From Euryarchaeota archaeon UBA549 (lineage in GTDB: Archaea > Thermoplasmatota > Poseidoniia > Poseidoniales > Poseidoniaceae), in NCBI GenBank assembly GCA_002495645.1, contig DAGF01000067.1:1-52136 (forward strand): a stretch of DNA of 52,136 nt. Direction: 5' to 3'. A model generated the notes under the pieces. The model worked only from the letters and a program-made list of their open reading frames with translations, was not told the origin of the DNA and made no database searches. The position numbers were made by a program, and so were the translations under genes. Below, piece by piece: positions 1 to 7,699 of this stretch; position 1 is the stretch's first letter, and each line of letters starts with the position of its first letter.

Positions 1-1
1 C

Positions 2-241
2 ATCGGTATTGTTGGGGCTGGTGGAATTGGCTACCACATTAACAACTACCTCAAGTTCCTTCAATACGACAAAGTGTTTGCCTTGCTGATATTGATTTTC
101 GTGGTTGTGATTATCATCGACCTCATTTCATTCTTCGCCCGCTCATTCGTCAACGAGCAGGGCGATGTGAGGCGTCCAACTTGGATGAACTTGCTCCTGA
201 AAAAAACTGGAGAGAAGTCTACGGCCGCCGCTGCAAACTGA
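2..241 (+). CDS. phnE: ABC transporter permease, PhnE-like, C-terminal fragment (5' end lies outside the window)
   Basis: The frame is open from the window edge to TGA at 239-241, so it has no start codon and is absent from the ORF track. The translation IGIVGAGGIGYHINNYLKFLQYDKVFALLILIFVVVIIIDLISFFARSFV has the GAGGIG motif and final TM helix that I associate with phosphonate-type ABC permease C-termini. Confidence 0.6.
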   Translation: MGIVGAGGIGYHINNYLKFLQYDKVFALLILIFVVVIIIDLISFFARSFVNEQGDVRRPTWMNLLLKKTGEKSTAAAAN

Positions 242-242
242 T

Positions 243-467
243 TCAATCGGCGGCGATGTGAAGGTTGCCGTCTTTGTAGAAGATTTGAATCTGGTCGGCA
301 GCCTTCTTTGAGAGGGCTGCAACGGCCTCATAGATTTCATCTTCCTTGACCTTGAACGCTTTGGCGGCGTCCTTGCTGGACCACGGTTGAATGTGGAAAT
401 CGCTCTTGACAAGCCACTTCAACAGCTTCGTCTCAAACTCAGTCAACTCGTCGGCCATGGTTCCCAC
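243..467 (-). CDS. small hypothetical protein (74 aa), possibly winged-helix-like
   Basis: The ORF exactly fills the gap between the phnE-like stop and the gpsA stop. It lies on the gpsA strand, 34 nt downstream of gpsA. The sequence is charged and helical (LTEFETKLLKWLVKS...EDEIYEAVAALSKKAADQ) and I recognise no family. Confidence 0.45.
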   Translation of the reverse strand: MGTMADELTEFETKLLKWLVKSDFHIQPWSSKDAAKAFKVKEDEIYEAVAALSKKAADQIQIFYKDGNLHIAAD

Positions 468-501
468 AGAGGGCTTCGCCTCAAAATGTCACCGATTCTA
501 C

Positions 502-1500
502 TCATCCCAGAGCGACCATGCGGCGACAGCATTCTTCAGCATCAATATCGCCGTTCAGCAGTGTGTTGAGCGCTTTGGTAAAAGGTATGGAAAGGCCGGC
601 ATCCTCGGCTCGTTCAACAAACATCCGGCAAGCACGAACACCTTCGGCGACCATGTGCATTTCATCCAATGCCTGGTCCAACGTCAAACCCGTTCCGAGT
701 TTTTCACCCATCGAACGGTTTCGCCCGTGCGGTGAAGTGGCGGTGACGTACATGTCGCCCAATCCTGCGGGGCCGAAGGCCACCTCTGCTCGTGCGCCCA
801 ATTCAGCGAGGAGCAAACACCCTTCTTTGAATCCAGACATGAAGATGGCCGCTTTGAGGTTATCACCGCCCAAATCACCAACGTGCTTGAGTCCGTCAAC
901 AAGGCCACAAGCCAGGGCGACGACGTTCTTGTAGGCGCCCCAGAGTTCGGCACCAACGGGGTCGCTGGCGGGATGGAGTATGAAACTGGGTGTACTCAAG
1001 GTCTGGGCGAGGCGTTGGGCGATGGCTTGGTCTTCGCTGGCCACCAAGGCGGTGGTCATGACCCCGCCTGCCGCTTCAGGAGCGATGGTGGGTCCGGTCA
1101 ACACCGCAAGTGGATTGGTCTTTCCTTCTTCCTTGAGCCGTGTGTGAATGGCCTCGGAAATCAGCCGCTTTCCAGGCGCCAGCCCCTTGGCCAAGTCAAG
1201 CAGAACATGACCAGGTTGCAGGTGGGGCAGCACGTCCTCCATGACGTCGAGAATCACCGCTGAGGGGACAGCAAGGACGATGATTTCGCTGCCATCAATG
1301 GCTTCAGCGAGGTGCATGGTTGCGTCCAAGCCAGGGACAGGGTGGTGCGGGAGATATTTCTCGTTCACTTCGCTCATGGTGATGGATTCGTAGACCTCTT
1401 GCTCAATGGTCCATCCCTTGACCTTGTGTCCTTCCAAGAGCCACAATCGGGCGATGGCTGTACCCCAGTTTCCCAATCCCAAGACCGCGATGTGTGCCAT
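502..1500 (-). CDS. gpsA: NAD(P)H-dependent sn-glycerol-3-phosphate dehydrogenase (bacterial GpsA type)
   Basis: It has the Rossmann motif IAVLGLGNWGTAIA. GPTIAPE, GAYKNVVALACGLVDGL, GLGDMYVTATSPHGRNRSMG and VAEGV align with E. coli GpsA. I prefer ATG 1500 (MAHIAVLG) over the TTG at 1512 used by the ORF track. Confidence 0.9.
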   Translation of the reverse strand: MAHIAVLGLGNWGTAIARLWLLEGHKVKGWTIEQEVYESITMSEVNEKYLPHHPVPGLDATMHLAEAIDGSEIIVLAVPSAVILDVMEDVLPHLQPGHVLLDLAKGLAPGKRLISEAIHTRLKEEGKTNPLAVLTGPTIAPEAAGGVMTTALVASEDQAIAQRLAQTLSTPSFILHPASDPVGAELWGAYKNVVALACGLVDGLKHVGDLGGDNLKAAIFMSGFKEGCLLLAELGARAEVAFGPAGLGDMYVTATSPHGRNRSMGEKLGTGLTLDQALDEMHMVAEGVRACRMFVERAEDAGLSIPFTKALNTLLNGDIDAEECCRRMVALG

Positions 1501-1595
1501 GTCAATCGGCAACTTCGCCCATTCGTTGGTTTATACCATTTCGGGCAACATCGGGGCGGAAACGGTGGATTTGTGCCGGTCCTCCACCGGGCCAA

Positions 1596-2783
1596 TCAAA
1601 ACAAATCGTCGTCTTCCTCATCAAAGTCGAAGACATCGTCCTCGTCCTTTTCTTCGGCCTTTGCCGTCGCTTTCTTTGCCTTGCCGGCTTTGGCCTTGGG
1701 GGCCTTCTCAGCCTTTGCAGGGGCGCTCTCTTCCTTGGCGGGTTCCGCTGCTGGGGCCTCTTTGGCTGGTTCAGCAGGTTGAGATGTTGTCTTGCGGGCT
1801 TGTGCGATTTGTGCTTCTTTGGAGCGCAGCTCTTCCTCGCTCTTGCCCGTTTGCAAGGCCAAGGCGCGGCGACGGTCCTCTCGGGCTTTGCGCTCAAGTT
1901 GCTTGTGGCGGGACTTCTCGATGTTCTGCATCATGTACATGGCGTCGTGTTCGAGGAGTGGAGAATCGGAAATGAGGGTGATGTCGAGCCATCCACCGTC
2001 CTCGACGATGAACTCCGCTAAGGGTTCAAAGTTCAGGTCGGATTTCTTGATTTGTGTGTAATGCATGGCGTTTCCGGTGCGGTGCTCAACGCCCGAGAAG
2101 TGGCAGTAGAATTCCTTGGTGCCGATGCTCTCACGCACGACGTCAAAGAGTTCACCGTAATCCTCGGAAGTTCGCATTTGACCGTGGCCACGAGCGTGAA
2201 TGTGAGCAATGTTGAGCACAGGAACCGTTCCTTCAACGTGGTTGACGACTTCAAGGACTTCTTCGAGGCTGCCCCAGAGTTCTTGTCGCCCAGAGGTCTC
2301 AACACCGATTTTTGAGGGGGTGCCGTTTTTGATCCACGGGAAGACGGGGAATTCGTCTTCATCGTCGTGCCAAATTTCATGGATTCGATCCACGATACCC
2401 GAAAAGACGTTGGCCACTTGTTCGTTAGCGGCTTGTCCTCGACCGAAGTCGCCGTAGTGCCCGGTGTGGAGGGTGATGTGGCGAGCGTTGATGGTCCGAG
2501 CGGCTTGAAGGGTCGCTTCGATTTTTGCGAGCGAACGTCCCCGCTCGACCTTGCCGCCAAGCAACTCCGAGTAGTAGGGGCCGTGAATGTTCATTTCGAA
2601 GTCGGTCTTGTTGGCCAAGACACCGGCTTGCCAGTATTGTTCAAAGTGCTGAGGGGCGACCATGCGGACCGTTTGAACTTCCATGGTCTCAAGGCCCAAG
2701 GAGATGATGTCGTCCATTCCCTCAACGATGGTTCGGCCCTTGCACGAGAGTGGAACGCCTGCTGGTCCGAGTTTGATTGACAT
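1596..2783 (-). CDS. AP-endonuclease-2 / endonuclease-IV-like TIM-barrel protein with a K/A/P/E-rich, acidic-tipped C-terminal extension
   Basis: The first ~295 aa show a metal-ligand pattern of the xylose-isomerase-like or Nfo TIM barrel: HGPYY, ITLHTGH, IGVETSG, IAHIHARGHG, CHFSGVEH, LLEHD. The last ~100 aa are a charged helix, then PAEPAKEAPAAEPAKEESAPAKAEKAPKAKAGKAKKATAKAEEK, and end in DDVFDFDEEDDDLF. Confidence 0.7.
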   Translation of the reverse strand: MSIKLGPAGVPLSCKGRTIVEGMDDIISLGLETMEVQTVRMVAPQHFEQYWQAGVLANKTDFEMNIHGPYYSELLGGKVERGRSLAKIEATLQAARTINARHITLHTGHYGDFGRGQAANEQVANVFSGIVDRIHEIWHDDEDEFPVFPWIKNGTPSKIGVETSGRQELWGSLEEVLEVVNHVEGTVPVLNIAHIHARGHGQMRTSEDYGELFDVVRESIGTKEFYCHFSGVEHRTGNAMHYTQIKKSDLNFEPLAEFIVEDGGWLDITLISDSPLLEHDAMYMMQNIEKSRHKQLERKAREDRRRALALQTGKSEEELRSKEAQIAQARKTTSQPAEPAKEAPAAEPAKEESAPAKAEKAPKAKAGKAKKATAKAEEKDEDDVFDFDEEDDDLF

Positions 2784-2926
2784 TCGTTCCCTCCCCCCGA
2801 AACCGACCCAAGGGACATCACATGATAATCCCTTTCTGTTGGCTGTCCGCTAATTTGGCCATCACGGGCGATTTTCAAGAGTGAGTGCATACGACTCTTC
2901 ATGAAGGTGAGACCGGAGCGGCTCAC

Positions 2927-3655
2927 ATGGAGCCCCACGTTCAACGCGCTGTTGATGCGTTCCAAAAGGGCCACCCAGTCTGCTTGTTCGATTCAGAAAA
3001 GCGAGAAGGTGAAACCGACCTCTTGTTTCCTGCATCTATGGCACAACCGGCCACCATGCGACAACTGCGCCAAGACTGTGGTGGTCTGCTCTTCCTCGCC
3101 ATCGGCGACGAGGTCGGTGAGTGCTTTGGGCTCCCGTTCCTGCAAGACCTGCACACGACCCCCGATGCCGTTGAACGAAACCCGGTGCTCAATCACCTCA
3201 TCACGAACGACCTTCGCTACGACGCCCGCTCTGCCTTCACCCTCTCCATCAACCACCGGGAAACGTACACCGGTATCACCGACCACGACCGCGCTTTGAC
3301 CACCCGCCGATTTGCAGAGTTAGCAACCACTTGCTTGGCTGACGGCGTTTCAGGTGAGCCGGCGATGAAGATGCTCGGCGAAGAATTCCGAACCCCGGGC
3401 CACATCCCGGTTTGCAGGGAGGCCCAAGGTGGTCTCGGTGTTCGCCAGGGCCACACCGAACTGGCCGTTGGTCTCGCCCGTCTCGCCGGGACCGCTCCTG
3501 TCGTCATCGGTGCCGAAATGTTGCAGCCCGATGGCGACCATGCCCTTCCTGTCGCTGATGCCCGAGCATGGGCTGAAGCAAGGGGCATTCCGTTCCTCGA
3601 AGGTGCTGATGTCGTCGCTGCCCTTGGCGTTGAATCATCACCGTCATCCTCATGA
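2927..3655 (+). CDS. ribB: 3,4-dihydroxy-2-butanone 4-phosphate synthase
   Basis: It aligns along its whole length with archaeal RibB, for example DSEKREGETDLLFPA, GGLLFLAI, SAFTLSINHRETYTGITDHDRA, FRTPGHIP and RQGHTELAV. ATG 2927 gives MEPHVQRAVDAFQKG, whereas the track starts at an upstream GTG at 2885. Confidence 0.93.
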   Translation: MEPHVQRAVDAFQKGHPVCLFDSEKREGETDLLFPASMAQPATMRQLRQDCGGLLFLAIGDEVGECFGLPFLQDLHTTPDAVERNPVLNHLITNDLRYDARSAFTLSINHRETYTGITDHDRALTTRRFAELATTCLADGVSGEPAMKMLGEEFRTPGHIPVCREAQGGLGVRQGHTELAVGLARLAGTAPVVIGAEMLQPDGDHALPVADARAWAEARGIPFLEGADVVAALGVESSPSSS

Positions 3656-3686
3656 AGCAACAACCCAACCCGTGATTGGTGGTCCT

Positions 3687-4127
3687 ATGAAGCGCATTCT
3701 TGCTGTCGGTGTCTTTGACCTGCTTCACGCAGGCCATTTGCACTATCTCGAACAGGCCAAAGCGCTGGGCGACCATCTGACGGTCGTCGTCGCTCACGAC
3801 GACACGGTGCGAAAGCGAAAACACGAACCGGTGACCAATCAAGACCTCCGTCGCCGCATGGTGGCTGGGCTGAAACCGGTGGATGCCGTGGTGGTCGGCA
3901 ACCCTCCCGATGTCCCCATTTTTGACATCCTTCCCGAGGTTGAACCGCATGTGATTGCCCTCGGCTACGACCAAGAGCATGCGGAGGAGAACATACGCAA
4001 GGCGTTGCACGAGCGAGGCCATGGCGACATCGACGTGGTGCGGGTGGAAGGCTTGAGCGACGACCTTGACGGCACTCGGAAGATCATCGCCCGAATTCTT
4101 GAACGTGCGGAAAAGAAGGGGGCCTGA
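3687..4127 (+). CDS. ribL: archaeal FAD synthetase (FMN adenylyltransferase, RibL type)
   Basis: MKRILAVGVFDLLHAGHLHYLEQAKALGDHLTVVVAHDDTV carries the cytidylyltransferase-fold GxFDxxHxGH motif. It aligns with Methanocaldococcus RibL (LKPVD, GYDQ). ATG 3687 was chosen; the 86 upstream codons in the track overlap ribB. Confidence 0.85.
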   Translation: MKRILAVGVFDLLHAGHLHYLEQAKALGDHLTVVVAHDDTVRKRKHEPVTNQDLRRRMVAGLKPVDAVVVGNPPDVPIFDILPEVEPHVIALGYDQEHAEENIRKALHERGHGDIDVVRVEGLSDDLDGTRKIIARILERAEKKGA

Positions 4128-4129
4128 AG

Positions 4130-4747
4130 TTGTTCACGGGCATCGTTCAAGGACGAGGAAGTATTGCTTCTATAGAAAAAGGCGAGGCCGTCTGGACCTT
4201 CCATATCATGCTCCCAGAAGCCACCGGACTCCAGCGTGGAGCCAGCGTGGCCATCAACGGCGTCTGTTTGACAGCTACCAACATCGACGCCCACCTCGTG
4301 GCGTTTGATGTCATCCACGAAACCCTCGAGCGAACCAACCTCTCCCAGCTCTCAAAAGGCGATGAGGTCAACGTTGAGCGCTCGCTGAAAATGGGTGATG
4401 AGTTGGGAGGTCACTTGCTTTCGGGTCATATCATGGGCACGGGCGAAATCGTGTCACGAGCGGAGGTCGGCGAGGGCGTCGATCTGACCGTTGCAACAGC
4501 GCAAAGCATGATGAAATTCATTCACGAAAAAGGATACATCGGCCTTAACGGTGCATCCTTGACCATCGGCGAAGTGGCCGAAAACCGATTCAACATCCAT
4601 CTCATTCCCGAAACACTTCGTTTGACGACCTTCGGTTCGCTTGACGAAGGCAGTTGCATCAACATCGAAATCGACGCCATGACGCAAACCATTGTTGCGA
4701 CGGTCGAGCGAATGATGAAAGAGGAGAACCCGGAGGGCAAATCATGA
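4130..4747 (+). CDS. ribE: riboflavin synthase, two-barrel bacterial/eukaryotic type
   Basis: It has the canonical N-terminus MFTGIVQGRG and an internal duplication (second barrel GHIMGTGEIV), at 205 aa. The TTG start lies 2 nt after the ribL stop. Confidence 0.9.
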   Translation: MFTGIVQGRGSIASIEKGEAVWTFHIMLPEATGLQRGASVAINGVCLTATNIDAHLVAFDVIHETLERTNLSQLSKGDEVNVERSLKMGDELGGHLLSGHIMGTGEIVSRAEVGEGVDLTVATAQSMMKFIHEKGYIGLNGASLTIGEVAENRFNIHLIPETLRLTTFGSLDEGSCINIEIDAMTQTIVATVERMMKEENPEGKS

Positions 4748-5133
4748 ACAAACACATCGGAGTCGTCTGCGGTTCCTTTCACAAAGAGGAGGTTTCGCGG
4801 ATGCTCGAATTCGCCAAAGATGAGGCGGAGCAACACGGTTTGACCATCGGCGACGTGGTTTGGGTTTCGGGTTCAATGGAGGTACCACTCGCTCTTGACC
4901 GACTCCTCCCCGACCACGATGCTGCGGCGTGTCTGGGCATCATCGAGAAGGGTGAAACGCAACACGGTCTGGCCATGGGTCAAGCCGTCATCAAAACCAT
5001 CTTGGAGCTGCAACTCAAACACAACAAGAAGATCGGTCTCGGTATCATCGGGCCAGGTGCCAAACCAAAACACATCGAGCCCCGCTTGGAACCTCATGCC
5101 CGTGCGGCCATTGTTGCTTGCATCGGCGAGTGA
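4744..5133 (+). CDS. ribH: 6,7-dimethyl-8-ribityllumazine synthase
   Basis: ATG 4744 overlaps the ribE stop (ATGA). IGVVCGSFHKEE, VSGSMEVPLALDRLL, GIIEKGETQH and GLGIIGPG align with archaeal lumazine synthase. The alternative is the homologous archaeal pentameric riboflavin synthase, which is unlikely given the adjacent ribE. Confidence 0.8.
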   Translation: MNKHIGVVCGSFHKEEVSRMLEFAKDEAEQHGLTIGDVVWVSGSMEVPLALDRLLPDHDAAACLGIIEKGETQHGLAMGQAVIKTILELQLKHNKKIGLGIIGPGAKPKHIEPRLEPHARAAIVACIGE

Positions 5134-5145
5134 GTTCGTTCCCGT

Positions 5146-6360
5146 TCACTCGGTGTAGATGTCCAATTCGAACACCGTGCCGCCCCAGGTGAAGATGAGC
5201 AATTCATCGTTCAAGCCGCGGCCAAACCCGACGAGGAGATTGTCGGTGTCGAGCAGATGTTCTTGTTCCCACACACCGGAACCCGCTTCTCTTGTGAGCC
5301 AAATATCGCCGCTGCAGAAATCACCGTACATGAACCCGCCTTGCCAAGGTTCAGGCCCCCAGTCCATGTACAATCCACCCGTGATGGAGCATCGGCCTTC
5401 TTCGTGGGTGTAGACGATGACTGGGTCGGTCATCCCAACCGGAGGATCAGACGGGGGCGCCGTACAATCGCTCGGGTCGTTGAATTCTCGATTGGCTTCA
5501 CGTTCAGCCCATCCAAAATTACTGGATTGAAGGACGGGAACAAGGCTGATTTCCTCGAAACAATTCTGCCCCACGTCTGCAATCCACAGCCTGTTTTGGG
5601 CATCCACATCAAACTTCCACGGGTTGCGTAGGCCCCGATGCAGGGTGTAATCTTGCGCCGTACCTGAGGTGTTGTGGAGTGGTGTCATGCTGCCGTTGAG
5701 GTAGTGGAAATGCTGGATGGTTCCCAAGGCGGACGTGTTGTTTTGCCCGTGATCCAACGGGTCGTTGGAGCCGCCGCCATCACCCACGCCCCACAGGTAG
5801 GTGTGATCTCCCAAGGCAAGGAGATGGCCGCCGTTGTGGTTTCGGTAAGTTTGTTCGATTTCCCGAAGCGTGCGAATTGAGGATTCATCCAGAGAACCGT
5901 TGACTACATCTCCGGCCGCCAAAAACAAATTTGTCACTTCTTTGGTCTCGCAGTTGGCCGTTCCGATGTAGGTGAACAGGATTTGAGGGTTGTCTTCGTA
6001 ATTGGACACGAAGGTGAAACCCAGCAACCCTGCTTCCGTGTGGCAATTGGAGACGAGGTTGCTGATGTTGCCCACCAGTCGGGTGCTTTCGCCGTTGTAT
6101 GCGGTGATGTGCCCGTCCAAGTCCGAGAACCAGACTTCGTCTTCGGTGGGGTGATGAAGCGAATTGGTTGGGGTTGTGAATCCGCTGAGGTACTCTTTGC
6201 AGGTGATGTTGAGGTCGATGGGGTTGCAGTCTGGCTGACTGCGATTCTCCCATTCAAAGCCACTCCCTTGCTCTTCCTCTTCTCCGCCAAGGCAACCCGA
6301 AAGGGGAGCGACTGTGAGGAGGACGACCAGGAACAGACAGAGGCTGTTTCGGTGCACCAT
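5146..6360 (-). CDS. PQQ-dependent soluble sugar (glucose/sorbosone) dehydrogenase-like beta-propeller lipoprotein
   Basis: It has a signal peptide with a lipobox-like LSGC. HNGGHLLALGDHTYLWGVGDGGGSNDP, GLRNPWKFDVD and NFGWAERE are typical of the sGDH/sorbosone dehydrogenase family. Confidence 0.7.
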   Translation of the reverse strand: MVHRNSLCLFLVVLLTVAPLSGCLGGEEEEQGSGFEWENRSQPDCNPIDLNITCKEYLSGFTTPTNSLHHPTEDEVWFSDLDGHITAYNGESTRLVGNISNLVSNCHTEAGLLGFTFVSNYEDNPQILFTYIGTANCETKEVTNLFLAAGDVVNGSLDESSIRTLREIEQTYRNHNGGHLLALGDHTYLWGVGDGGGSNDPLDHGQNNTSALGTIQHFHYLNGSMTPLHNTSGTAQDYTLHRGLRNPWKFDVDAQNRLWIADVGQNCFEEISLVPVLQSSNFGWAEREANREFNDPSDCTAPPSDPPVGMTDPVIVYTHEEGRCSITGGLYMDWGPEPWQGGFMYGDFCSGDIWLTREAGSGVWEQEHLLDTDNLLVGFGRGLNDELLIFTWGGTVFELDIYTE

Positions 6361-6366
6361 TGACCA

Positions 6367-7620
6367 TTACTCCTCGGCGGGCGTTGTTGCTTCGGTTTCT
6401 GCAGGCGTGGATGGCGCATCTTCGTTGCGGTTCTTCATGACGTAGACCGCCACGCCGATGGCACCGACCACAAGGATCGGGATGTACAGCGGAAGGCCGT
6501 CGTCGCTTGAGGTGACCTTGACCTTGCTGATTTTATCTCCGAAGTAGGCGTTGATGCCGGGCACATCGCCGATGGCGTCTCCGTAGCTTCCGAGGTGGGA
6601 TTCCGTGTCGATGATGGTCATTCCTGGTGTACTGAGCACGTCATCGAGGATCTTCAGGTCAGCATCGTTGCTGCTCATCGTCGTGAAGGCGTCTCGGAGC
6701 GATTGCACTTCGGCAGCCGTGAAGACATCAGGGTTGTACATGACCGGATGGCTGGGGGCTTTGCCGAACGGGGTGTTGATTTCACCGTTTTCTTTGTATC
6801 CTCCAATGGGGTAGAAATCCTCGGTGGAGGCAAAGTCGCCCTCAAAGCACCAGTCTTGCGGGTCGTCGCCGCAATAATCAGGAACGGTGGGGTCCTTGGC
6901 GAAGGAGATGTAGTCGGTGGCGTCGCCCAGGGCGTGCTCGGCCAAGCAGCGCAATGATCCGATGTACCGGTAGTAGGGCGTGCCGCTGTCGGGAATGCTC
7001 GAATCCTCTGAGAAGTGGTTGGTCACCGTGTCGTGAAGGGAATCAATCTCGTCCTTGTCGCCAACGACTTCCATGTAACTGTTGTTGATGAGGTAGCCCA
7101 TGGGCAACAGCATGCCTGAACTTCCAAGGGCAGAGGTGTGACAGGAAATTTTGCCTTCCATCAGCGTAAGGGCTTGGTCCACGTCGCCGTTCATACTGGC
7201 TTGGGCCATGTCGGAGTCCTTGTGGACCCATGCCACGGCGTGGTAGTAGGCGCGACCGTCGGCCTTTTGCTCTGCGGCAGCGACTTGAAGGCCGTATTCG
7301 TTCCAGCTCAACCATGCAGCGCCGCCGTCGAGGAAGCCGATGTCAGCGTTGCCAAATCGAAGGGCTTCAATGGTGGCAGCCTGGCTGTTAACCGGGTAAA
7401 TCTCCACCTCTTGGCCCATGAGTTCACCGAGTCGGTCGGCGAGTTTCTGTGGGTTTTCGTCGGTGTTTTGGTACTCTTCCTTCACTTCAAATGCGATCTT
7501 TAGACAGTTGTCATCATCCGTGCATGTAGAATAATCGATGTCCGATGAAAATAAGCATCCCGGAACGGTGGCTGCAAGCAAGGTGGTCATCAACATGATA
7601 GCTATTAATCGGCGGTTCAT
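6367..7620 (-). CDS. phnD: PhnD-family periplasmic-type substrate-binding protein with N-terminal lipobox and C-terminal TM segment
   Basis: ATG 7620 gives MNRRLIAIMLMTTLLAATVPGC. The core aligns with E. coli PhnD: ATIEALRFGNADIGFLDGGAAWLS, AYYHAVAWVHKDS, SALGSSGMLLPMGYLI. The C-terminus is LPLYIPILVVGAIGVAVYVMKNR plus a T/P/E tail. The true ligand is not assignable. Confidence 0.65.
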   Translation of the reverse strand: MNRRLIAIMLMTTLLAATVPGCLFSSDIDYSTCTDDDNCLKIAFEVKEEYQNTDENPQKLADRLGELMGQEVEIYPVNSQAATIEALRFGNADIGFLDGGAAWLSWNEYGLQVAAAEQKADGRAYYHAVAWVHKDSDMAQASMNGDVDQALTLMEGKISCHTSALGSSGMLLPMGYLINNSYMEVVGDKDEIDSLHDTVTNHFSEDSSIPDSGTPYYRYIGSLRCLAEHALGDATDYISFAKDPTVPDYCGDDPQDWCFEGDFASTEDFYPIGGYKENGEINTPFGKAPSHPVMYNPDVFTAAEVQSLRDAFTTMSSNDADLKILDDVLSTPGMTIIDTESHLGSYGDAIGDVPGINAYFGDKISKVKVTSSDDGLPLYIPILVVGAIGVAVYVMKNRNEDAPSTPAETEATTPAEE

Positions 7621-7699
7621 TTCGTATCCCCTTAACCATGCGACCCGAAGCCCATATATCATATTTCGTCTCCCCTAAACTTAGAAGGGAGGTGGCGAC

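Noticed and set aside
1312-2021. Plus-strand ORFs (156-189 aa) overlapping the 3' end of the endonuclease-IV-like gene and the gpsA start region.
   Set aside because: They are antisense readings of the K/A/P/E-rich tail (giving Ser/Leu/Phe/Gly-rich strings) and overlap two well-supported minus-strand genes.
2784-2926. A possible FMN riboswitch or other leader element upstream of ribB.
   Set aside because: I could not find the conserved FMN-element core helices or sequences in this 143-nt divergent spacer, and FMN riboswitches are essentially bacterial. Only a trivial 4-bp hairpin is present.
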